Shown here piece by piece: positions 17,062-26,600 of a stretch of DNA of 54,008 bases. Source of the stretch: an uncultured Candidatus Saccharibacteria bacterium (GTDB taxonomy: Bacteria > Patescibacteriota > Minisyncoccia > Phycocordibacterales > CALRHW01); contig CAYOUG010000001.1 in assembly GCA_964407105.1 (NCBI GenBank), forward strand, positions 230,273-284,280, read 5' to 3'. The position numbers and the translations under genes are program-made. The notes beneath the pieces are model-generated. The model had not been told where the DNA came from, did not search any database, and saw only the letters and a program-made list of their open reading frames with translations. Positions within the stretch are counted from its first letter, which is position 1, and each line of letters starts with the position of its first letter.

Positions 17062-17955
17062 ATGACTAAAACTCTCATTGCATATATCCCCGCACTTCAT
17101 AGTGGCTATGTTAATTTTTTTAAAAAGTATGCGGGCGAGACTTTGTATATTTTAGATTTAAGTTTGGTGCGAGAAATTCCAAGGCTTGAGCGTGACATTC
17201 GCGCGCTTGAAGCGGGGGATATGAAAAAGCTCATTGGTGCGCTTGGAATTTTTTCACGCGTGGGGGTGGTGACGAAAGAAAATATGGCCGAGTTTTTGAT
17301 GGAGGCGCAGGGTGATACAAGAGATTCTGGCGCAAAAAATACTAACACGATCGTGATGCCGGATGAAGATGTGAGTCATATTTTTGCTGAAACATATTTA
17401 ACGGGAAAAGATATGTTTGGCGCGACAAAAGAAATTGAATATGTCTCTGTGTTTTTGCGATGGGACAGACTTGCCGCACTTAAAACTGATGTACCAACAA
17501 ACCCAGACAGAATCATTTCTCGCGACGCATTCGACAAAGAAATAATGGCTCGTGCATTTGCTGATGCACAAAAAAGTTCAGATTGGTGGCGACAGGTGGG
17601 TGCGGTGGTAGTGAAAGACGGCAAGGTGCTTTTTATAGGACACAATCATCCGTTGCCGTCTGATCAGACACACAATGTCACCGGCGATCCACGTAGCAAC
17701 TTTGACGCCGGTGTGAGTATCGAACTTTCAAAATTTTTACATGCTGAAGCGGGCATTATTGCCGAGGCTGCAAAGCGGGGCGTGACGCTCGATGGTGCCT
17801 CTATATATGTCACAACATTTCCATGTCCGGTGTGTGCAAAATCTATTGCCACTGCGGGTTTTAAAAAAGTGTATTACTGCGAAGGCTATTCGCTTCTCGA
17901 TGCGGAGGATATTTTAAAGGGGTTTGGGGTTGAGCTTATTCAGGTCGAGAGGTAA
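17062..17955 (+). CDS. dCMP deaminase/ComEB-like protein with long N-terminal extra domain
   Basis: C-terminal RQVGAVVV, HAE, PCPVC Zn motifs; N-terminal ~150 aa beginning IAYIPALHSGY. Confidence 0.9.
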   Translation: MTKTLIAYIPALHSGYVNFFKKYAGETLYILDLSLVREIPRLERDIRALEAGDMKKLIGALGIFSRVGVVTKENMAEFLMEAQGDTRDSGAKNTNTIVMPDEDVSHIFAETYLTGKDMFGATKEIEYVSVFLRWDRLAALKTDVPTNPDRIISRDAFDKEIMARAFADAQKSSDWWRQVGAVVVKDGKVLFIGHNHPLPSDQTHNVTGDPRSNFDAGVSIELSKFLHAEAGIIAEAAKRGVTLDGASIYVTTFPCPVCAKSIATAGFKKVYYCEGYSLLDAEDILKGFGVELIQVER

Positions 17956-18092
17956 AGACATGTTTGACAATATTTTTTCTTTATGTTATGAATTTATATG
18001 GAACAAGCAAGAATTTTCTTGGAACTGATACGGCAGATTTCCGAAAGTGTATGGTGGGTCTCGCACACCAACAACAAAAGAAAGGAAAAAAG

Positions 18093-18662
18093 ATGAAACC
18101 AGTAATCCTTGATGTAGAAGGGAAAGTTGTCCCTAAAGGAGACAAAAAAAATAGGAGGTTTACACGGGTGTGGGACGGAGGCATCTTCACTGTGCCTCAT
18201 TACTACCATCACCAAAACGGATTCGCTGATTTTAGGATGGCGAATCCCAATCCGCTTTTCCGTGAGAACAAGTTGAGCATCCACGATGATCTCAATGATG
18301 ATCTCATCGAGCCAAGTTATATTCTGAGATCAGGCGTCAGGCTTCACGTAACGGTGTTCAGTCAAGTGGCGCAAAGAACCACTTTAGAAAAACGCCTAGA
18401 ATTTCTCGATGAGCAGGGGGCTGTTTATCCTGGCGCGCGGATTTTTCCTCTTATTTACCACCATTTGCCAAAATTCAGATCGTACGATTCGATCGATAGA
18501 AAGGGTCATCTCACAATCGGTTGTGATGGTTATCCTCTGGTGGCGACGTTGCGTTGTGGGGATCGAAGTGGAAACTTTGTTTTTGGTTTTGAGGAATGCA
18601 ATGGTGTATGGGGGCCCGACGATACCTTCAACCTATTACTTTGTTTCCGTGAGATCAAATAA
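18093..18662 (+). CDS. Hypothetical protein (ORFan; resembles a family expanded in Parcubacteria, tentative)
   Basis: ORF 17964..18662; start placed at ATG 18093 behind AGAAAGGA; C-terminal RLEFLDEQGA...FVFGFEE..W....LLLCF. Confidence 0.55.
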   Translation: MKPVILDVEGKVVPKGDKKNRRFTRVWDGGIFTVPHYYHHQNGFADFRMANPNPLFRENKLSIHDDLNDDLIEPSYILRSGVRLHVTVFSQVAQRTTLEKRLEFLDEQGAVYPGARIFPLIYHHLPKFRSYDSIDRKGHLTIGCDGYPLVATLRCGDRSGNFVFGFEECNGVWGPDDTFNLLLCFREIK

Positions 18663-18718
18663 AAAGGTGCACCTTCAACCTCTTGGGCCCCAGGCTTTAT
18701 CACCTGCGGTCCATTTTT

Positions 18719-19165
18719 TTACCCAATTCTTGCCACCACCGGCTCGTATCCCGTCTCTGTAGGGTCACTTGAAACAAGCTGTGCATGCAAATGTGCGACA
18801 CTTGCGCCGGTATATTTCGTATCTCCAAAACGCATAAAATATGTTGCGCCCGGAATATTGAATTCTTTTATTGCCCAGTTGATAAGCTCAAGTAGACCGA
18901 GTTGTGCCTCGGCAGAGATATCTTGCGTATGTTCAATATGATTTTTATGAATCAAGACAAAATGATTTTTAGTATTTTTATATGGATACATATTGCAGGT
19001 AATGAGCCAGTGGTCGTTTTCATGCAAGATCGGATTTTTGTGATAGAGCGCAAGTTGCTCTGGACAAAATGGACATACCTTATCTTCTTGAATTTTTTCA
19101 AGTACTTTTTTGTATTTGTCATTTTCACGATCTTGTGAATTATTTGGGTTTACAAAATTGGTCAT
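18719..19165 (-). CDS. HIT-superfamily protein, HxHxQ (GalT/Ap4A phosphorylase-like) type
   Basis: CPFC, NMYPY, GASVAHLHAQLV; start re-set to ATG 19165. Confidence 0.85.
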   Translation of the reverse strand: MTNFVNPNNSQDRENDKYKKVLEKIQEDKVCPFCPEQLALYHKNPILHENDHWLITCNMYPYKNTKNHFVLIHKNHIEHTQDISAEAQLGLLELINWAIKEFNIPGATYFMRFGDTKYTGASVAHLHAQLVSSDPTETGYEPVVARIG

Positions 19166-19211
19166 GGTGTGAAATGGAAAGCGTGTAAAAATATGTAATC
19201 GTTTTTGATAA

Positions 19212-20132
19212 TTAAATAGGGGTAGGAATGAGCATTTTTGGATGTGGGTCATAATCAGTGAGCACAAAATGTTCTGGTTTAAATTCAAAAATATCTGTGG
19301 TGTCGGTGTTGAGAGTAACAGTCGGCAATTTTTTCGGTTCGCGTTTTAGAAGCTCTTCTACTTTTTCATACTGACTTTCATAAATATGCGCATCGGAAAA
19401 TGTGTACACGATTTCTTTAAATGTGTAGCCGAGAATTTGTGCAATCATTGCACCAAACGCTGCGTACTGCACCATGTTGAATGGCACGCCAACAGGGAAG
19501 TCGCCTGAGCGCTGGAAGTGGTGAATCGACACTTCTTTTGATTCTGGAAATGCGAGCACGTGAATCCATCCGTGACACGGCGCTACCACGACACGACGCT
19601 TGAGATCTGAATGTTGAATTGTGTATTGTGGAATCCATGGAGAAATAAAATGTGTGCGAAGGTATGGTCGCTCTTTTATTTGCTTTATAACATTTTCAAT
19701 CTGATTAAACGGTGCACCTTCTGCGGTAGGGAATGTTGCCCACGCGGCACCGTATGATCCATCACCAAGATCTCCTTCAGGAAGTCCAAAGATATCACAT
19801 TTTTCTTTTGTCACCCATTTTTTCCACCAGTTGCATCCATATTTTTCAAGCTCGGCTTGTGTGCGAGCGCCGTGGAGAAATGCAAAATGTTCGGCAAGCG
19901 CGCCCGTAAAAAAGGTTCCAGATAAATCTCGCTCACCAATCACAGGAAAACCATTTTCAATCTGATAGCGAAGCTGAAGCCCCACAATCATTTTCGCTTT
20001 TTCGCCTTGCTTGTTACCCGCTAGTGTTCCATGAATGGGAATAATCTCGCGTCCTTCGCGTAAAATTTTTCGCAACGCATCTTGGTACTGTGAATCAATC
20101 GTTCGTTCTGAAATCGGTTTGAAATTCATCAT
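19212..20132 (-). CDS. thyA: Thymidylate synthase (divergent)
   Basis: APCH catalytic Cys, QRSGD, VPFN, DAHIY, C-terminal YDPHP...PTPI. Confidence 0.93.
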   Translation of the reverse strand: MMNFKPISERTIDSQYQDALRKILREGREIIPIHGTLAGNKQGEKAKMIVGLQLRYQIENGFPVIGERDLSGTFFTGALAEHFAFLHGARTQAELEKYGCNWWKKWVTKEKCDIFGLPEGDLGDGSYGAAWATFPTAEGAPFNQIENVIKQIKERPYLRTHFISPWIPQYTIQHSDLKRRVVVAPCHGWIHVLAFPESKEVSIHHFQRSGDFPVGVPFNMVQYAAFGAMIAQILGYTFKEIVYTFSDAHIYESQYEKVEELLKREPKKLPTVTLNTDTTDIFEFKPEHFVLTDYDPHPKMLIPTPI

Positions 20133-20252
20133 GAAAATGGTTTTTCTAGCGCCCTATTAGTAATCCTGTAATTGTACTATTTTTGGATATATAAAAGAAA
20201 TAGTGTGGGTGTGTTACACTATGTGCATATTTATTTGTTACAAAAAACGGCC

Positions 20253-21425
20253 ATGAAAGACAAACAGATTGAGAAATTAATTAAGGCGGAGATGAAACGA
20301 CAAGGAAGTGTTATCAATCTCATTGCGTCGGAAAATTATGTGTCAAAAGACGTGCTTGCGGCACTTGGCTCAGAGCTTACCAACAAATATGCCGAAGGGT
20401 ATCCGGGCAAAAGATATTACGGAGGACAGGCTGTGGTGGATCAAATAGAAATGCTTGCACAATCTCGCGCACTTTCACTTTTTGGTTTGTCGACTAAAAA
20501 TTGGCATGTAAATGTGCAGCCACTTTCTGGTTCTCCTGCAAACGTTGCGGTGTATCTTGCGCTCGTGCCAACACACGGAAAAATTATGGGAATGAGTTTG
20601 GATAGTGGGGGACATCTTACGCATGGACACAAAGTGTCGATGACAGGAAAAATGTGGGAGCAGGTGCCGTTTGAGGTAGATAAAAAGACCGAAGTACTTG
20701 ATTATGTATCACTCAAAAAGCGGGCTGTCGAACAAAAGCCAAACATTATCGTGGCGGGATTTACTGCATATCCACGTATTGTTGATTTCAAAAAATTTCG
20801 AGAAATAGCGGATTCTTGCAGTGCGTATCTTATGGTAGACATGTCGCATTTTGCTGGACTTGTGGCGGGTGGCGCATATCCAACTCCATTTAAATATGCA
20901 GATGTGGTGACGACGACAGTTCACAAAACATTTCGTGGTCCGCGTAGTGCAATGATTTTTGTGAAAAAAGATAAACGTGAACTCGACAAGCTTATAGACA
21001 AAGCTGTGTTTCCAGGCATGCAGGGAGGTCCGCATTTAAATCAAATAGCGGCGGTGGCTGTGGCGCTAAAAGAAGCAGCAACTCCAGCGTTTAAAAAATA
21101 TGCGGCGCAGGTGGTGAAAAATGCACAGGCACTTGCTGGTGAGCTTTCGCGACTTGGTTGGAAAATTATTTCAGGAGGTACAGATAGTCATTTGGTACTT
21201 GTCGATACTTGGATGGGAGGAAAAGGTCTTCCGGGAAAAGAGGCGAGTGCCAAGCTTGAAGCTGCGGGAATTATTGTGAATAAAAATACGATTCCGTACG
21301 AAACACGATCGCCGTTTGATCCATCAGGAATCCGTCTCGGTACTGCTGCAGAAACTACTATGGGCGCAAAAGAAAAAGATATGATTCGTGTTGCTCGGAT
21401 GATTGATACGGTGTTGAGGAAATAA
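20253..21425 (+). CDS. glyA: Serine hydroxymethyltransferase
   Basis: NLIASEN, KYAEGYPGKRYYGG, GGHLTHG, DMSHFAGLVA, TTTVHKTFRGPR. Confidence 0.98.
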   Translation: MKDKQIEKLIKAEMKRQGSVINLIASENYVSKDVLAALGSELTNKYAEGYPGKRYYGGQAVVDQIEMLAQSRALSLFGLSTKNWHVNVQPLSGSPANVAVYLALVPTHGKIMGMSLDSGGHLTHGHKVSMTGKMWEQVPFEVDKKTEVLDYVSLKKRAVEQKPNIIVAGFTAYPRIVDFKKFREIADSCSAYLMVDMSHFAGLVAGGAYPTPFKYADVVTTTVHKTFRGPRSAMIFVKKDKRELDKLIDKAVFPGMQGGPHLNQIAAVAVALKEAATPAFKKYAAQVVKNAQALAGELSRLGWKIISGGTDSHLVLVDTWMGGKGLPGKEASAKLEAAGIIVNKNTIPYETRSPFDPSGIRLGTAAETTMGAKEKDMIRVARMIDTVLRK

Positions 21426-21430
21426 TATAT

Positions 21431-21454
21431 GCGCGCCGTCCGAAGGCGGCGCGC
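21431..21454. repeat. Short GC-rich REP-like hairpin between glyA and dut
   Basis: GCGCGCCG-TCCGAAGG-CGGCGCGC, no T tract. Confidence 0.6.
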
Positions 21455-21461
21455 CACCTAA

Positions 21462-21890
21462 ATGTCACTTACACTTAGAATTAAAAAACTTTCAGCAGAT
21501 GTAACACTTCCACAATACGCGCATCGTGGTGATGCCGCGCTTGATCTGTATGCCAACGTCGCGGTAACATTGCAGCCTGGTGAAAAGACGGCAGTGCCGA
21601 CCGGCATTGCGATGGAAATTCCTGATGGCTACGTGGGCCTCATTTGGGATAAAAGCGGAATTGCGATAAAAGGTGGGCTTAAAACCCTTGGCGGGGTGGT
21701 AGACTCTACATATAGAGGAGAGGTGCTTGTGGGGATTATTAATCTTTCGCAGGAAGTATATACATTTGAACGCGGACACAAAGTAGCGCAGATGATTATT
21801 CAGAAAAAGGAAGACGTCGTGATAGAGGAAGTAAGTGAGCTGTCGGAGACCGCGCGCGGCGAAGGCGGCTTTGGAAGTACCGGCAAATAG
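21462..21890 (+). CDS. dut: dUTP diphosphatase
   Basis: GDAALDL, IWDKSG, GGVVDSTYRGE, VAQMII, RGEGGFGSTG. Confidence 0.98.
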   Translation: MSLTLRIKKLSADVTLPQYAHRGDAALDLYANVAVTLQPGEKTAVPTGIAMEIPDGYVGLIWDKSGIAIKGGLKTLGGVVDSTYRGEVLVGIINLSQEVYTFERGHKVAQMIIQKKEDVVIEEVSELSETARGEGGFGSTGK

Positions 21891-21938
21891 TGGCGCCGCG
21901 CGCAATCAAACCATGATCAAACGCGATTAAAAAAAAGC

Positions 21939-23609
21939 ATGAACAACATACAGCAAATTATAAAAACACAAATTTCAAAACTCGGTTTTGCTCCAGAGAG
22001 TATTGTACTTGCGCGTCCGAAAGATATACAAAATGCCGACTATTCTTTTTTTGTACGAGATCAAAACATTGATCCTGCATCACTTCCACTTGATACGGTG
22101 AAGCATGAATACATTGCATCATGCACAGCCGTGGGCAGATTCATTAACATTTTTCTTTCAGAAACTTTTTTTGTAGAAACTCTTAAAGAAATTCAAACTC
22201 ACGGCACACACTTTGGTGCAAACGAAACATTGTCTGGTAAACAAATGATTTTTGAATATACCGATCCAAATCCATTTAAACAATTCCATATCGGTCACCT
22301 CATGAGCAATGCTATTGGCGAAACACTTTCAAGACTCGCGGCGTTTAGTGGCGCACAGGTGAAGCGGGCAAATTATCAGGGAGATGTGGGACTTCATGTA
22401 GCAAAAGCTATTTGGGGCATGCAAGAGCTTTCAGGAGAAATGCCTCATGCAAAAACAGAGCTTGCAGACAAGGCGGCATTTTTGGGCAAGGCGTATGTGC
22501 ATGGTTCTAGTGCATACGAAGATGACGAAACTGCAAAAAAAGAAATCGACGCCCTCAATAAAATTATTTTTGAAAAATCTGATACAAAAATCCAAGAACT
22601 TTATGATTGGGGTAGAAAAGTGAGTTTGGATTATTTTGAAATTATTTATGCAAAGCTCGGCACTCGTTTTGACTATTATTTCTTTGAAAGTGAAACAGCA
22701 CGTCGTGGTTTGCTTGTGATAGAAGAATTTTTGAAAAAAGGAATTTTTGAAAAAAGCGAAGGCGCTGTGATATTTCGTGGTGAGCAGTATGGCCTGCACA
22801 CACGTGTTTTCGTAAATTCACAAGGTCTTCCTACATACGAAACAAAAGAAATTGGTCTCAATTTAGAAAAATTTGACCGAGGCAATTTTGACGAGTCGGT
22901 CATTATTACTGCAAGCGAACAAAATGAATATTTTTCTGTTGTACTCAAAGCGCTTGAGTTTATAGATTCAAATGTGGTAAATAGGACGCGACATATTGGA
23001 CACGGCATGCTTCGTTTCGCGAGCGGAAAAATGTCATCACGAAAAGGAAATGTGATTACGGGTGAGTCGATGATTGTGGATGTGGAAGCAATGGTGTGGG
23101 AGAAAATTAAAGACAGAGAACAACTTTCTGCCGAACAAAAACGTGAGGTTATGGAACAGGTTGCAGTGGGTGCTATTAAATATTCTATTCTCAAACAATC
23201 TCCGGGCCGAGACATTATTTTCGATATGGAAAAATCGCTTTCGTTTGAAGGCGACTCTGGCCCATACCTGCAGTATGCTCATGCACGCGCGTGTTCTATT
23301 TTAGAAAAAGCAAAAGAAGCGGGGATTATTGCATCGCTTGATACTCCAGAAGCACCAGGAACACTTGAGCGAATGCTTGCAATGTTTCCTGACGTTGTGT
23401 TGCGTGCACAAAACGAACGCGCTCCACAGCTCGTAGCAACATATCTTATAGAACTTGCCGGTGCGTTTAATAGCTACTATGCAAATAATCCGATTGTGGT
23501 TGCAGGTGATCCTGTATCCGCATATCGTGTGGCACTCACTTCTGCCCTTGTGACGGTTATGAAAAACGGTCTTTTTGTGCTCGGTATCCAAGCTCCAGAA
23601 AAGATGTAG
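21939..23609 (+). CDS. argS: Arginine--tRNA ligase
   Basis: EYTDPNPFKQFHIGH, NYQGDVG, KMSSRKG, GDSGPYLQYAHARACSIL. Confidence 0.97.
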   Translation: MNNIQQIIKTQISKLGFAPESIVLARPKDIQNADYSFFVRDQNIDPASLPLDTVKHEYIASCTAVGRFINIFLSETFFVETLKEIQTHGTHFGANETLSGKQMIFEYTDPNPFKQFHIGHLMSNAIGETLSRLAAFSGAQVKRANYQGDVGLHVAKAIWGMQELSGEMPHAKTELADKAAFLGKAYVHGSSAYEDDETAKKEIDALNKIIFEKSDTKIQELYDWGRKVSLDYFEIIYAKLGTRFDYYFFESETARRGLLVIEEFLKKGIFEKSEGAVIFRGEQYGLHTRVFVNSQGLPTYETKEIGLNLEKFDRGNFDESVIITASEQNEYFSVVLKALEFIDSNVVNRTRHIGHGMLRFASGKMSSRKGNVITGESMIVDVEAMVWEKIKDREQLSAEQKREVMEQVAVGAIKYSILKQSPGRDIIFDMEKSLSFEGDSGPYLQYAHARACSILEKAKEAGIIASLDTPEAPGTLERMLAMFPDVVLRAQNERAPQLVATYLIELAGAFNSYYANNPIVVAGDPVSAYRVALTSALVTVMKNGLFVLGIQAPEKM

Positions 23610-23673
23610 AAAGAAGATGGTTTTGGTCCATTTCTTTTTGTAAAAACCCTTAAAAGTGCTAGTATTTTGCTAT

Positions 23674-26600
23674 ATGAACGAACCAGAAAAGAAACCGGTT
23701 TCTAAAAGTCCATCTGCTCAGATTGAAGAAAAAATTCTTGCATCGTGGAAGGAAAATGATATTTTCAAAAAAACCCTTGAAAAGGAAGCTCCTCAAGGGG
23801 ACTTTGTTTTTTACGAAGGTCCTCCTACGGCCAACGGTAAGCCAGGTATTCATCATCTTGAAGCGCGTGCATTCAAAGATATTATTCCGCGATACAAAAC
23901 AATGCGTGGTTTTCATGTGACTCGAAAGGGCGGATGGGATACGCAAGGACTTCCGGTAGAGCTTCAAGTAGAAAAAAAACTAGGTTTGAAGTCTAAAAAA
24001 GAAATTGAAGCGTACGGCGTAGAAAAATTTAATGCACAGTGTAAAGAAAGTGTGTGGGAGTATGTGGATTTGTGGAAGCAATTTACAGATCGTATTGGCT
24101 ATTGGATTGATCAAGAAAATCCGTATGTGACGTATGAAAAAACATACATGGAAAGTGTTTGGAATATTTTGAAAACGGTTTCAGAGCAAAAGGTGGGTGG
24201 CGTGCTTGGTGTGGGTGGTAAGCCAATGCTCTACAAAGATTACAAAGTGGTGCCGTGGTGTCCGCGATGTGGGACGGCGCTTTCATCGCACGAGCTTGCG
24301 CAGGGGTATGAAGATGTAAAAGATTTGTCGGTGTATGTAAAATTTAAGTTGAAAAATCCAACAGAGATTGGATTATCTGGTGACGCATATTTTCTCGCGT
24401 GGACGACAACACCATGGACATTGCCTGGAAATGTAGGACTGGCGGTAGGGGAAGACACTTCATATGTGTTTGTAGAACACGAGAGTCAAATATATATTCT
24501 TGCTGAGTCTTTGTTACAAAAAATATTTAATGAAAAAGATTTTAAAAATATAAAAACTGTTTTAGGAAAAGATTTAGTGGGTTTGCAATACGAACCGCTT
24601 TTTCCATATCTTGTGCAAAAATTTGGTGATAAAAATCCTGAAGCATTTGCGCAGGCATACAAAGTGTATCCAGCGGATTTTGTGACGACGACCGACGGAA
24701 CAGGTATTGTGCACACGGCTGTGATGTATGGTCAGGAAGATTTTGAGCTGGGAACGAAAGTTGGTTTGCCAAAATTTCATCTCGTGCGCGAGGACGGACA
24801 TTTTATTGATGATATGGATTTTCTTTCAGGACGTTTTGTAAAAGAAAAAAATCAAGATGGAAAGCCGACGCTTGATGTAGATATTATTAGTGATTTAAAA
24901 ACAAGAAATCTTTTCTTCGCACAAGAAAATATAAAACATACATATCCGCATTGTTGGCGATGCAAAACGCCGCTCATCTACTACGCGCGCGATTCGTGGT
25001 ACATTCGCATGTCTGCGCTACGCGACAAACTTGTGGCAGAAAATGAAAAAATAAATTGGGAGCCGGGTCATATAAAAGAGGGGCGTTTTGGCGAGTGGTT
25101 GCGTGAGGCGAAAGATTGGGCGATTTCTCGTGAAAGATATTGGGGTACGCCACTTCCTATTTGGACAAATGAAGAAGGTAAAATGATAGTGATCGGCTCT
25201 GTTTCTGATCTTAAGACACACATTCCAAAACGTAATAATTTTATTCTTGTTCGTCATGGACAGTCAGAATCCAATGTCCAGGGTGTTATAAATTGCAATG
25301 TACACACAAAAGATTCTCTTACATCAGATGGTCTTACTCAAGCACAAAAAGCTGGTAAGATTTTGGTTAAAGAAAAAATTGACGTCATTATCACATCACC
25401 ATTTGCTCGCGCGCAAGAAACAGCAAAAATCATTGCACAAGAGATTGGTTTTTCTGGAGATATCATATCTGATGATCGTATTGGCGAACTTCAGGTGGGC
25501 GCGTGGAATGAAAAAACCTGGAGTGAATACGAAACACAATTTAAAAATCTAAAAGAACGCTTTACAAAACATCCACACGCAGAAAAGAGTGAGGGTGGGG
25601 TTGTTGAAAATTGGGAAGATGCGCGTCGACGTGTAGCGGAGTTTATGTATGATATCGACGCGCAATTTGAAGGTAAAAATATACTTTTGGTGGGTCATGG
25701 TGGCACACTTAATCTTATAGCCCTATCTTCTCTTGGATATTCTGTAGAAGAAATTGCTTTCCATTATTATGATAATTCTTTCAGCAATGCAGAGGTACGA
25801 AAAATAGATTGGCGGGCGTTGCCACACAATGCTTTGTATGAAATTGATCTACACAAACCTTTTATTGATTCTGTGGAACTTGTCGATGAAGCGGGAAACA
25901 AACTCACACGTGTAAAAGAAGTTCTTGATGTTTGGTTTGATTCTGGCGCTATGCCTTTTGCACAAAACCATTTTCCTTTTTCGAAAAATACAATGCAGTA
26001 TCCAGCAGATTTTATTTCTGAAGCGGTAGATCAGACTCGCGGATGGTTTTATACCTTACTTGCGATAGGTGTACTTATGGAAAAGGGAAGTGCTTATAAA
26101 AATGTAATTTGTCTCGGACACATTTTAGATGCACAAGGAAAAAAGATGAGTAAGTCGCTTGGAAATATTGTAGATCCTTGGATTATGATTGATAAGTATG
26201 GCGTTGATGCACTTCGACTTTGGATGTATGGCGTTAATCGACCCGGAGATTCTAAAAACTTTGATGAGCAAACTGTAGATGAGATTGTAAAAAAGGTATT
26301 TAATCCGCTCTCAAACATTTTTTCATTTTATGAAATGTATGCTGATAAGAGTGTGACATCGAGGCGCGACAGCACACATGTGCTCGACCGTTGGATATTG
26401 GCGCGCCTCGATGAACTTATTTTGCAAGGCACACGACATCTCGATGAGTTTCAGGTTTTTGAAGCGTCGCGTAGTATACGAGATTTTATTGGAGATTTTT
26501 CTACGTGGTATATTCGTCGATCACGTGACAGATTTAAGTCAGATGACATAGCAGATAAAAAAGCGTCACTTAACACAACCCACTTTGTGCTTCTATCTCT

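Noticed and set aside
19212-20132. ThyA homologue as a phage-type dCMP hydroxymethylase for DNA hypermodification
   Set aside because: Retains the PFN Asn and WxxW of true thymidylate synthases and sits with folA/glyA/dut; no phage genes nearby
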